A stretch of DNA of 63,771 nucleotides, filler included, from Reticulomyxa filosa (taxonomy: Eukaryota > Protista > Foraminifera), in assembly GCA_000512085.1 (NCBI GenBank). It is 16 parts of 16 records of this genome, joined end to end, with 100 filler letters (N's around TTAATTAATTAA, not from the genome) between each part and the next. Parts side by side here need not be neighbours in the genome. Positions count along the whole stretch, not along the records: positions 1 to 18,562 come from ASPP01013183.1; positions 18,663 to 23,167 come from ASPP01005018.1; positions 23,268 to 30,263 come from ASPP01004622.1; 13 more parts are not named here. The stretch is one strand, 5' to 3'. How positions within the stretch are numbered: the first letter of the stretch is position 1; each line of letters opens with the position of its first letter. Of this stretch, positions 14,001-26,699 are shown one piece after another. The notes under the pieces were generated by a model. That model was given only the letters and a program-made list of their open reading frames with translations, made no database searches and was not told where the DNA came from. A program made the position numbers and the translations under genes.

Positions 14001-17000
14001 TCATCAATATACGAAGCATCCATCCATTCCCATGGCTGTGTGTAGTTCTTTCGATATAATCCAATCCAAAATCTTTGATCGGCACTGCTCAATGTACCAT
14101 CTGCGAAAATGAGCAAATTGCTTTTCGCGAATGACATCAACGAGGACAATTGATCTTGGTTGTGAATGCTGACTAAATAGCCATCCAATTGTTGGCAGGT
14201 TTTTTCTGCAGTCGAAAAGGTCATCTCCTTATTTTGAGCAAACAATTGGCCAGTTTCGGAATTCAACACTTCGATTTTCAACAGATCAAATCCCCATTCC
14301 AACGTTGATAAATCTTGCGATTGACTGGGAAACACGCCCAAAGTCAAATCCAACAAATTGTCAGAATGTGGCAAAGTCAAATTAATTGCAATATAGCAAA
14401 GAGCGAAATACATATCATTCATCTCACTGTCTTGCTGCCATCCCATTGTACACTCCTTACCTCGTGACATTCGCGAGTATTGCCATTGCAATTCGCGATC
14501 AAAATACAGTTGGACGCTAGAACCGGACCAATTGCCTGCAGTCCAAAATCGCAATTCAATGTGCAGACTATTATGTGACGGTAATATTTCATATCTCTTG
14601 GAAACGTAATACACTGGTGGAGCAAACATGCCATGGAAAAAGTTTCCATTCTGATAAAAGCCGGTTGTATCATTCCATGCGGTCGTTCCATTGTCAGCAT
14701 ATATTGTGTTTAGCGTGCTTAGATGACCATAGTTATGGGAGCCAGAAGCCAAATACAAATTGGACAAATACACTTCAGATGCCGCAGGATACCATGGGTC
14801 GGAGACATACAAATACTGATCGACAATATCATATACGCCATCATAATTAAGGGAGCATTGCAATACCCCATCAACAAATGCATTCATTTGGTTAAGTCCA
14901 ACATCCACTCGAACCAACGAGACTTTTGTCGACAACGAGTTAAAGGTATGATTGGATTCGCAAGCATTTTCCATGTCCTCGATAGTACTAAGAGCAAAAA
15001 CCATCTCAACGGTGGCATTGTGGAAAATGCTATGCAAATAAACAGAAGGACCATGGATATCACTGTAGGAGCCAACTGTAAACACGTTTTCCACATGATT
15101 AGCCAAAGTTGTGTTTGTCCATTCGATTCCAAAACTCAACGAGTACGGAGGACTCAATGTCAAGCTTCGAACTACTCCTCCTCTTTGAGGTTGCATATGG
15201 CTTACCAACAGGGTTTCTATGAGTAACGTACACATACATACATACATACATAATGTATATGTGCATATTTGCACAATTTAAACTCTTCAAACAAACATAT
15301 CTGATACCTGCGACTTGATTTGGTACAGAAGACAAATCCACAACGGCAAAAGCCATATTTGAGATTTTACCATTGCTTTGACTGTAATATTTCACGACGA
15401 TGTCAGCAAGTCCTTCGTTAACCTGTACCACTCCAATTCCAGTGAAGGTAAACGTCACATTACCGGATCGATTTGCGACGGTGGAGTTCATTCCAAATAC
15501 ATTCAACGACGTTTCCAATCTTTGGGAATCGACAAATGCACAAGCACTAAATAATTCATCATTGTCACCCTGAGGATCAATCGTCACCGTAAATTGATAA
15601 TATATCAATACCACCTCGGCTACACTAAAGGACAAGCGGAAGTTCATTGGTTCAATTGTGTTCCAACTCATGTTGGAATTTGGTTCTTGTTTGATCACTG
15701 AAAAGGCCATTTCGAGATCATTCCATTGTGCAGCCAAAGTTGATCCAGGGAGTTCGTACACGCTCAATGCGCTGTACCTGTCTTCAGTTGCAAATTGAGA
15801 ACCTGTGATATCGTGTACAAATCAATACGTCAATCAATTCATACTTCTTCACAAATTCAATGGGATAAACACTTTTGGCAGTAAACAAATAAACAGATAA
15901 ACAAATGAAAACCTGCCGCTGAAAATAATCGAAGTGCGATATTATAGTTGGTGTCCGGGAACGCCAACATTGAAGCAATACCCAGCAAAGTACCGGTGCG
16001 CATTGGCGACATTGTGCTGTGGCCAACCTCGTTTCCATTCACATTCAATTCCATTGATAATGACCCTGTCGTGGCCTCACCCTGCGATCCAACTGCATGA
16101 TCCACTCCAACACTGCCAACAATTAAGATTATCGACACTTCTGTTGGTTGTACGGTGCTCTGTCATTTCGATCACAACAAAAGCCAATCCATTTATGTGT
16201 CGTACACAATATATACAATTCAACAAAAAGGGAGGTAAGAAAATAAAACTTACTGTAATAAAGTCCATGGCAAAAGTATTTGACGTGAAACGAGTTAAGT
16301 TTAATATTTCTGGTGTTTGCTTGTAAGAAATATCCAGAGTGCGAGCATAAGGAATTTCGATCATATCTGACGCACGCACGTTCAATGAACTATATATTCC
16401 ATCCGATCGAAATTGTGCTTGACCACTATTTTTTATTTTTATTTTTATTTTGATGCAATATAAGTATATACATATATGTATATGCGTGTGTACATACATA
16501 TATGTATATGCGTATGTATATACATATATGTATATACATATATGTATATACATATACAAGAATATGTGTATAAGAAATGATTAGATAAAATACACAGTTG
16601 GATTGCAAAACAAAAGATACCACACTTGTAAGAATCAGGCAATTTGAATACAGGTGACACTGTAATACTGGTGTAGTTCCATTCATGGCACGTAATACCG
16701 CTTGCACTTGCAAAAGTCCACAAATCCGGAGTGTCAAACACGGCATTGACAGCAAGTACACTGGTGTCGCCCACTTCCGCATAGATTGCAAACTCGATTG
16801 ATTGTTGGGCCACCTGCAATGCGTTTTGATAAATCAGACAACCAAAGCTGTTTCCTGATATCGGGAGACTGATGGATACATTGTTCAAACGTGTGAATCC
16901 TTCGTCTGTCATTGTACTCGAATCCGATTTCAATGGCCCTCCTCCAGTGGCATGTTTTTCCACGTGCAATGATTCAATTTCTAGAAGGAAAAAAAAAAAG

Positions 17001-18540
17001 GAGCATATACAAAAGGAAAAGGATTATTTGTTCATGTATCATCATCAAATGCAAAGCAAGTTTACAAAATGAATTACCTAATGGCCCACAAACAAATGGC
17101 AAATTTAATGCACAATTGCCGTCTTCCATGTACGTGTCAGTGACAAAGGTACATGATTCAGTGGTGGTATGATTGTCTGTTTTCCATTTCAGATAATCGG
17201 CTGGAGAGCCATCGCTGTACACATAAAATGGTTTCGAACTGCTTTCATATAATATCTGCAGCCCAATCCATACTGGCTGTCCGGTTGCATATGTGCTCAC
17301 TGACATCAGGTCTCGTTCACTATGGATTGAGACTAAATCACGATTATGTTCTTTGCACCAACGTCTGGCAGCAGTCCAAGTGTTCGCATACTCAGTATCG
17401 TTTACAAAAAGCCATGCTATTTTTCAAGGTGCAAAACGCACGTACATATATGTGCATAAATAGATGTATGTTATATAATTATAGAGGAGAAAAAGATTTA
17501 TTTATTTTTTTTAAAAGAACTGGAAGTATCTACTGCGCTCCCTGTTTGCAAAGGAATAGAAAAAGTTGTCGAAGTTGGTCCTTGTCCTCTTGGGCTCCAT
17601 TCTTGAGTGATCCAATAATAATCATCCGTGTTGCCACCTTTCGTCCAACTAGTACCCATGACTCACGGTATCCTGGAAATATTTTTTCGCCATTGTTGTC
17701 AACTGCGCCTACGCTCAATAGACCATTTCTTGCATCGCTCACATATGCACTGTTTGCCATTTATTTTTTATTTTTTATTATTATCATTTATTTATTTTTT
17801 TTCTCCCGAGATTTTTAGAGAGTGACAAGGTACACTTGGAAGCATAACTTTCCAGTGTCTTGCACTGCAATCAACACGATGTTTCCTTGGGCAACATCCA
17901 ATAGATAGTTATTCATATGCACTCCAGCAGCATGGTCATTTTCTGTGTCAAAGTAGACTGAATCTACAACGTGGCCAGTTGAACCGGACAAGACTACAAT
18001 ATTGTGTCCATGTCCTTGTCGCCTTTTTGTTTTCCCACAAACACAATAATGTTTATAAAAGATATATTAATAACACAAAAGCTCTCCCTCCCCCCCTCTC
18101 TACATACGCAGTTTGCCGTCCGAATACTTCGATACGTGCTTGAACATCGTCGCAAGTGGTAACAGTAGAATTTTGCACGTCATCACAACCGACACTTATC
18201 ATTTTGATTGGAGCTGTTTGTTGCAATGAAAAACACATGATTCAAGGTGGGACGGTACATAAGACTTTTTTTTTTTTTTTTTGGAATATAAAAATTAAAA
18301 GATTATATAATTTCCCTCCTTCGAATCAATGCACACCGTTATTTCTTTCAAAATAGTTGAAAGGAAGAAAAGAGCAAGTTCCAAATGACACTCCAGTGGA
18401 ATGTTGATCGATTCTCAAAATCGCGCAGCTGTAACGAATAAATGCATAAATTACTTGAAACGACCGACAGGTGTCTGACCCTAAACAAAGTTCTGCGCAT
18501 CTGTCATTGCCACAATACAAAAGGATATTTATCTCCTTTT
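5040..18540 (-). CDS. Giant multi-exon type-I membrane protein (5'-partial) with PAN-like, ILEI/PANDER, about 5 C-type lectin, LamG-like, fibrinogen-like, WSC, ShKT, PA14-like, PSI and Cys-rich modules, one TM helix and an acidic cytoplasmic tail
   Basis: CTLD: [21 protein letters not shown]...FWIGLHD...WLWTDG...EPNN...EDC...WNDVDC (12985-13355). Fibrinogen-like: [27 protein letters not shown]: YDGCYAD...[10 protein letters not shown]...YFAL.GGNTCQC...C.GD....CGG. ShKT: CVDEDPYLC...[12 protein letters not shown]: [13 protein letters not shown]...FDT...[14 protein letters not shown]: [22 protein letters not shown] (5421-5486). Last exon ends EPQQAL* with the stop at 5040-5042. Confidence 0.85.
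16440..16570. repeat. Intronic (TA/CA)n microsatellite tract
   Basis: Run of tatatacatatatgtatatgcgtgtgtacatacata. Similar tracts occur at about 12205-12265, 27505-27545 and 30150-30195. Confidence 0.9.
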
Positions 18541-18562
18541 TTTTTTTTTTTTTTTTTTTTTT

Positions 18563-18662
18563 NNNNNNNNNNNNNNNNNNNNNNNNNNNNNNNNNNNNNN
18601 NNNNNNTTAATTAATTAANNNNNNNNNNNNNNNNNNNNNNNNNNNNNNNNNNNNNNNNNNNN
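18563..18662. other. Artificial contig-joining spacer (N44 TTAATTAATTAA N44). Repeated at 23168, 30264, 32064, 38121, 42875, 45543, 50266, 52026, 54181, 55440, 57939, 59090, 61328 and 62461.
   Basis: The 100-nt block is identical each time and its palindromic core puts stops in all six frames. Gene content and GC change abruptly across it. Confidence 0.99.
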
Positions 18663-18749
18663 TTTTTTTTTTTGTATAAAAAAAATTGCATTATCTGTAT
18701 CGAGTTATCAATTTTTTTTTTTGGGGGGGGGGAGGGAAAAAAAGAATTG

Positions 18750-21700
18750 TGAGAACGAAATGCAATGGACCTTGCTATACGTATACTGGTCACCAAAATT
18801 GGAATCTGTCGGTATGCAAACACTATGTATTGTTCGTCACTGCTATAAAATCAATTTGCAAGTCAACGTCCATGAACAACCCATAATCCACTCCTTTCGT
18901 GTGTCAATTCAAGAAATAAAAGAAGCAGAACATTTTTGCAAAACAATTAGAATCGACGATAATCATTACTGCATTGTCTTAAAAAACCGAGTGTTATGGG
19001 TTATGCTCAACAACAACAACTCCACTCTATCAAATACTCCTTATTGGTTATCTTCACCGTATGTGGGCAAGCAAGTCAGTTTTTTTAAAAAAGTTTGGTG
19101 AAATCTCAATCTTTTTTTTTTATATTTTTTTGTCTTTCTCTCTACATTTTCCGTGCAATCTAGAATGAAGTTTTCAGTGACGCATGCTATTGCCTTGAAG
19201 ACGCGTTGTTACTAGTGGTGACCACAGAAGGGACTCTCTTGTACTATGAACCATGTGGGGATTATAAAACTTTTGACGCAGATGTGACTTCCAAGATACA
19301 ATGGAAACATAATAGTAAAAGGCAATACAGTCCGATTTATTCCATTTCAAACCGTTGCGAAACATCGTCTCATTATATTACACTTTCCAATGGACTTTGC
19401 ATAATCCCTTGCACAATTAAGTCAAATATTTGGACTACTTATACAGGTATTCAACAGTTATAACTATACCCAAAATATAGAAGCTCTGGTTTTTTTTTTT
19501 TTTTTTTTTGTTTCCTTTTCCTTTGAAATAACAGAAAGCAATATTTGGTCACTACTCCGTTCTATAAGTTTCAACCACACTAGTACTATGGACCTTTTCT
19601 TATGTCTTGCAATGTTGTGTCATCGTGTGAAACACGAAATTGAAGTTATATCTCTCAGAGTAACATTCTTTTTTTTTGTCACTCCAAAGTTGTCATCACA
19701 CAAAATTTTTTTTGTAAATAACACTTGTTCAAATGTTTAGATATGTGCAACCAACAAGAATGAAGATGCATTTGTGTCATTTGCAAAAAATTTGTCGGGT
19801 ACTCTAAGATGGGTGTTCAAGCCTACAGATCCACTACGTGCGGATTGTATTAATTATCTGTACGTACATATTATGGTTCAATTATTGCATCACGCAAAGC
19901 TGTTGGGTTTTAATAGCATTGTAATTACCTTGGTTGAAATTACGGAGTATCTTTGCATCTGTCTCCAATGGAACGTAATAGTTTCGAATCTTACCTTTTT
20001 TTTTTTACAAAAAAAAGAGTGAGCACTTTTTTTTTTTTAAACATAGGCATTACGTTTTTTATCAGAAAAAATCAACAAAGAACTTGCACACATGATTATG
20101 TCTAATATTATGACAAAGTCACTGACAAAGATCGATGTAGTTGATTTGTTTAATGAGCCCAGTAACAGTTACTATCACAAAAAAAAACAAACAAACAAAC
20201 AAATAAATAAAAATGGAGGCATTTATTTTACAAGACATAGTAAGGTGTGAAAACAAAAGAAGCAAATTGTTATTGGAAGATATTCAATCCTTTTTGCATA
20301 CCATCATATTGGCTCATGCGTTTGCAACTGCGAATGCAAATAATATAGTTAAGCAAGTGCTAAGAGTATGTGATAAAGAAAAAAAAAAAAAGCCTTGTAA
20401 AATCAAACAAATTTGAATATATAACAAAATTTTTTTTAAAAATAGACGAATAACTTTATTCAGATTCTTTGGGAATGGAAAAAATATCAACAAATCACCC
20501 AGATCGACACAACAACGAAAACGCTAATTTTGCACACAGTTCGAACGAATTGTTCTTCTTTCAACTTTTGGATAGTGAGCTCAATTTCTGATTTTTTATG
20601 TGCATCATCGATTGACATCAAAGAGTTTAGAGGAATGAAATGAAAAAAAAAAAGTATACGTGAATTTGCATTGTGTTAGTTGAATGAATCTACGTATAAC
20701 TTTCTCACTCTCTTTTTTTCTCCTCTTTGTCCCTTTCTTACTCAAAAAAAAAATAGAAAGGATAATTTCACTCAGCAAGTCAAGCATAAGTGCATATCGT
20801 TTGGACAAAGCCTTTTCACAACCTCTTTACAGGAAAGTACGTATACCGAATCCAATAAAATCCAAGAACTTATGTCCAAAGAATATTCTGTTACTGCACC
20901 ACTGAAATGGAGAGCATTGGTTATATCCGTCTTGCAAAGATTTGTGAATGCTGTCAAAGATTCTCAAAGATATATCTCTTGTCATCCAGAAAGATGGCAA
21001 CAGTTCACAATTATTACGTTCAATGGAGTGTCTGAACATCTTACCGTTTCCAAAATAAGGCCACAATTAATACCTGAGTCAAGAGATATAAAAGGTGATG
21101 CATACAAAATAAATAAATTTTATTATTTCTTTGTTATAATTAACATATTGATGTTCACTCATGCAAAAAAAAAAAAAAATATGTTGATTATTTTCATGCC
21201 AAAGGGAAACCAAAAACGTATTAAAAAAAAAGTACTGTTTGTGGATGGGGTGTGTCCTTTGAGTTTTGTCAGTATGTTCCACGCCAGCTCACACTTCGAT
21301 TGAATCCAAAGAAAATTATATTCGTTCGGATTCGAATGCATACTCTCCGTCACTAATCCACGATCTAAAGAGCCATGGTTCAAACAAGCTGAAGACAAGT
21401 AATGTCGAACAGCAGAAAGAGATAAGAGAGTGCACAAAAGATTCATTACCTATTTTGATTCATTCTGATTCCTCTGATCTAAAGAGTAATTGTAAACCTT
21501 TTTCCAAAAAGACAAAGCGACAGTTTTTCATGCTACAAAAGTACTTAAGCAACAAAGATATAATGAATTGTTTATTGCCACAACTGACCAAAGGAGAATT
21601 GGTCAAGTTAATGTATTATAAAAATCGATTTCTCAAGACAAAGGCTATCAATTGTCAGAAAAATCGTTTTGTTCGATATTCCAAAAAAAATTTCACTGAC

Positions 21701-23100
21701 AGTTTGGTGCATGTTTATTGTGCACAAACACAGAGATGTTTATTGTAATAAAAAGCAGATAGATAATCACTTTACAAAAAAAATATCCGTAATGCCAAAT
21801 AGCAAACGATGACCAACCTCTTATTTACTCTTGCGAAAGTATGGAAACAGAGCCAACCAGAAGTTCCGAGTGGGTTTATCAACAAACAAAAACAGGCACT
21901 CAACAAATAGACCCAAGCAAGAAAGAAAACGAACCCTTTGAAAAAACAAGAAGAAAATTTCTTCAGACTGATTGTTCCAAAACACATTGTTTGAACAAAG
22001 ATAGTGATTTGAATACCATAGAATGCCCGACATGTGGAAACACAAAGTTTGCTCAACTCGCAAATGCTACTTCAAACACCCTGCCTAATTATTCAATATC
22101 ATCACATTGCGTGGAACATAATGGTCAAATCGACAAAGTACATCAAAGTTAAGTTATTACGACAAGAGATGTTGGACACTTTGTTATCATTTGCGAATGG
22201 AAATTTTTTTTTATCATGGAGTTGCAACTGATACTTGTGCAATACAGATGTAGTTGCAGAGTCTGTTTCGAAGAAAAAGGATGATGACAAAAACGAAAGT
22301 GATTCAAAGAATAAGGTTTTTTTATTTGGAAAAATTCAATAGATTTTAGTTTAAACAGACTTGTTTGTGACCCTTGATATAGCCTGATTGCCTTTGTTCC
22401 AAATCCGAAACAAATTATTTTTCAATGCCCGTAGAACTAAAAGTAGATTGCTGTAATAAGCAGAACAGCTACAAAGTGTTTGAATTGTCTATTGATATTT
22501 TCGACACTGTTAATCTATCCTCAATCAAGACCCAAGCTACTCAAACTTCGCCATTGATTGGAATATTAAGAACTCCTCATCGGCAATCACTTGTACAAAA
22601 TACAGAGATAAATGCTAACAACATTTCAAAAACAAGTCATTTTTATTTATTTAATAAATTTTTTTTTGAATATCACACAGTTTTTTTTTATTGTGCTAAT
22701 CTGTATTACATACTTGGGAGCAGCAAATAGACAAGATATGTTTACCACTGAAAATGATCAAAAGACGAATGCTAGAACACACCACAATTCTCCAGTGTTC
22801 AACATTATATCAGAAGAAGTGACTCCATGTTTTAAAAAAACTGCCGACAGTTCAGTCAGACAATGGCCAAAGACTCAATTCAATGGTAATTGCGATCAAC
22901 AAACAAACCAACAGATAGTAATTCCTTCGCATGAGATGGCTCAACCCTCACTTCAGCCCATATTACGTCTTCATATGATCAAGAACTTGCAGGCTTCAGT
23001 TAATCGAATTGACACCGATTTATTGCAACTCCAAGAAATTAGTAGACAGTTGCACACTGAGCGTAGTGATCTGACTCAACAAGTTAATGTCAATTGTAGG
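18750..23100 (+). CDS. Multi-exon hypothetical protein (partial): beta-rich N-terminal part, helical middle, low-complexity and coiled-coil C-terminal part
   Basis: Consecutive plus-strand coding-like segments (18750-19070, 19165-19470, 19740-19975, 20760-21080, 21280-21720, 21780-22310, 22720-23090) separated by poly-T/poly-A introns. No family recognised. Confidence 0.5.
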
Positions 23101-23672
23101 AATGGAGAAAAGAGTAACTGCATTACAAGTTTTCATATTTTGTCCTTTCAAAAAAAAAAAAAAAAAANNNNNNNNNNNNNNNNNNNNNNNNNNNNNNNNN
23201 NNNNNNNNNNNTTAATTAATTAANNNNNNNNNNNNNNNNNNNNNNNNNNNNNNNNNNNNNNNNNNNNTATGTAAAATAGAATGAATACAATCAGAAAATA
23301 TTCGTTTGTTAAGTGTTAAGACATACAATCATCGCATGTTCCATATGATAGAAGTTTTCGTTTGTGGGTATTCGATCAACAAGGAATACACATTTTAAGG
23401 TCATATAATGTAATGTGGTTTTCCTTTTTACAATTGTTAGAAAAGAATCGATCATTAATAATCAGCCACAGTATACAGTGCCTATCCAAGCTAACTTTGT
23501 CTGGACACTTACATAAATTTGTATTCATTTTTGATCATATGATAAGTAAAAATCTCTTTTTTGAATTTTTTCATCTTGCAATTTTTTAAAAGTGACAATA
23601 CATATTTCAAACACTTAAAATAATTTTTTGTTTGAAGGACAGTTAGTTTAGGGAAGAACCTTTTTTTGTCGT

Positions 23673-24964
23673 AATGTCCTCTGAACCGAAAACAGCAAGT
23701 ATTGTGGATGATTTCACAGGCCACTATGGACGTGCTCCAGAAACACTGCAAGACCTTGTCGAGTTAAGTATCAAGTGATGTATAAATCATATCAGCTGAA
23801 TAGTGTCGAATTCCAGGAAGAGTTACGCAACACTCGTAAACACACAAAAAAAGTTTCAACGAAAAAACGGGCAAGAAGCAAACGTACAACCAATTGACAA
23901 AGGCGTTTCAACAAATGAAAAATACGCGCCGTGGGGTGTCCCCGTGGCGTCAACGACGACAACAGCGTCATTGACAACATCATCGACAACGACAACATTT
24001 GTGTCATTGACATTGGGTTACGACATATTGAAAGACTACGACACATTTGTGAACAAGGACTTGCCAACGCAAGACCAAATCACAATTGAAAACACCGACG
24101 AGGATTTGCGCAAGGTCATTCAATGGGTGAACGTCAACAAAGAAATTTACAAAGACAAACTTAACGACATTACCATCGCACTACTCCAACAGTCGTATGC
24201 GCAATATCAAAATTATAAAAACATGAATTCCTCGTATGCAAAGTCCCACAAGAAATTCAAACGAACAGTTCATTGCATAAATGTATATGCATGTGTGTAT
24301 ATGTATATAATATGTGATAATGCTCCAAACAAAAGAAAGCACCAAAGGAAGAAAAAGAGACGGAAGAGGCCGAGAACGAGGATGGCAATGCAGAGGAGAA
24401 GGAAGACAAAAAAGAGAAGATCGAGGTGGCAATGAAATCGATCGATCAAATCATCGAAGACAAAACGGTGTTGGATTTGTATCACAAATTCGAACAGCAA
24501 AATGGATATCCACCAAAGGATGCCAAACTATTGTTTTCGTTTCGCTTTTTTTTTAAGACAAATGAAAGATATTTATTTTTTATTTGTCCATTGCTTGTTT
24601 GTGCGTGACAAAGAACAGATTTGGACAAGAGTACCACAAAGACTTGGAAGTTCGTTTTGACGAAATAAAAGTGGAGATGGACCGACTTGAAAAGGAGAAA
24701 GCGCGGTATGAGGAGTCGGTAAAGCAGCTGGAGGAACAGAAAGCGAAGGAAAACAAAAGTAAACCATTGGAACAATACGACTTGGCCGAGTGTCTCAAGG
24801 AATTCCGCTCCCAATCCAAACACGCCAAAATCGTCGAAGACGAAAAGTTCTTGCAAAAGTTGCACAGTTTTATCACTCTTGAAAAAGGGTACTCGATCAA
24901 ATTTGCTGATTTCAAAAAAGATTGGGATGCTTACATTGGCAAAGAGTCCAAGTTTCTCTTTTAA
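23673..24964 (+). CDS. Hypothetical multi-exon charged/coiled-coil protein
   Basis: ATG MSSEPKTASIVDDF at about 23673. Coding-like exons at 23800-24265, 24330-24530 and 24620-24964, ending ..WDAYIGKESKFLF*. Confidence 0.55.
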
Positions 24965-25588
24965 TTTAAAAAAAAAAAAAAACGACTTTTTTCAATTGTG
25001 AGATATCCCTTTTCCATTTTGTGACTTACTTTGTTGTTTAGACCGGCTGTTAAAGGAAAACGAAAAAAAAACAGGTTTGTTTCAATACTTCCTTTTTCGT
25101 TTATCTTTGCTTTATATACATATTATATGGTGCCATTTGTATATATGCATCTTTTTTTTGGCTTGAAATTGACAGAAATGAAACTATGCAAATTTATCAA
25201 AACTTACAAAAAAATTAAGCTCCGCTTTTGTAGATAAACTAAAGTGTATCTCTTTTCATATTGGAACTCGCGTTGATTTTTGAGGGTTTGTAAACTACTT
25301 TCTTGTCTTAATTGTTTTGTGATAAAGTCCTGTCCCTCTTTTCTTCACTTGCTATTCTGTCAATCTCTATGGTCTAATATCCAATACACTTTTCCAACAA
25401 TTTTTTTTTACAAGGAAATTCTGTCTTTTTGTTTTGCATATACCTTCATAAGCAAATGTAAAGCCCTTTAGAAATTAACTATGTGACATCTATATTAACA
25501 AAAAGTTTCTTGTAAAACTTTGTTCAAAACAAAGTTTTTTTTATGGTGTTTTTTCCCCCTTTTTAATTGATACAGGATTTTCCTCAAC

Positions 25589-26472
25589 ATGGCGAAATTG
25601 TTGAATGAAACTGAAGCACAAGACCTTATTCGAGTGAAAAAACGCAAAAACTTTCCAAAATTTGAAAAGCCAAAACAAGACATAAAAGCCAAAATATTGG
25701 AAAAGTCGGACAGCAAAATCAAGTGCAAAGACAATGACAAAATTACACTATCGTTCAACACATATGTATATGGAGGAGATAAACATGGATTACTATTAGA
25801 CAGCAACACGAATTGGACAGGAGTGATTGGAAGATACGAGCTTTTTTCTCCGTGGGAAAAAGTGATCAAAGAAATAGCCTTGGGCGATAAAGTTCGAGTC
25901 ATTACGTCGCAAAAGCACTCGCATTTGTACAGTCTTCCCAGCGCTAAACATGACACTCCACAACTTGATTTAGAGTCCCAACACCTACTAGCTGAACTCG
26001 ATCTCCTTTCTATCAACGATCAATGGCGAACCATCAAGCCATTAGAAAAAGGTATCTTTTTTTTGGCTCTATTTTTTTTTTTTTACTATTAATTGATAGT
26101 AGTGACCAATATATCGCAGGCGTAACAGTGGAAATAATAGAAACTGGCGATGAAAACACAAAGATTGAGAAAGGAGATTTGGTAAGTGTGGAGTACAGCG
26201 GATTTTTCCATGGCGGAAGCAAGCATGGAGAAATGTTTGACTCGAATAACAAACCCCAGGCAAAGCCTCTTTTCTTCCGAGTTGGAGAAGGCAAGGTGAT
26301 CAAAGGTTGGGATGAAAGTGTCACCAAATTGTGTTTGCGCTCCAAAGCAAAACTATACATTTCTGCAAATTACGCTTACGGTGACAAAGGAACCCCCGAT
26401 AAAACTGTTCCTAAAAATCAGGATTTGATTTTTGAAATCAAAGTTTTGGAGGTCAAAAAAAGAGAGTCTTAA
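25589..26472 (+). CDS. FKBP-type peptidyl-prolyl isomerase with two FKBP domains (first one degenerate); intron 26052-26119
   Basis: Second domain: GVTVEIIETGD...KGDLVSVEYSG...MFDS...FRVGEGKVIKGWDESV..L....KAKLYISANYAYGDKG....VPKNQDLIFEIKVL. A GT..AG intron joins the exons in frame (KG|VT). Confidence 0.92.
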
Positions 26473-26699
26473 TAATTACACAATTTCCCGTTGCACTTTT
26501 TTTAACCTTATCTTACTTACTTTCTTGGCTATGGAAATAAGAAATTTTTTTTACAAAAAATCAACATACCTTTAATTACAAAAAAAATAAATTTAAAAGC
26601 ATCTTTTATTTTATATCTCATTCTCATATTGAAAGGAGCTTGAAATGTATACTTAACAGCTTTCCTTCTCCTCTCCAAAATAAATAACATCAAAAAAAA

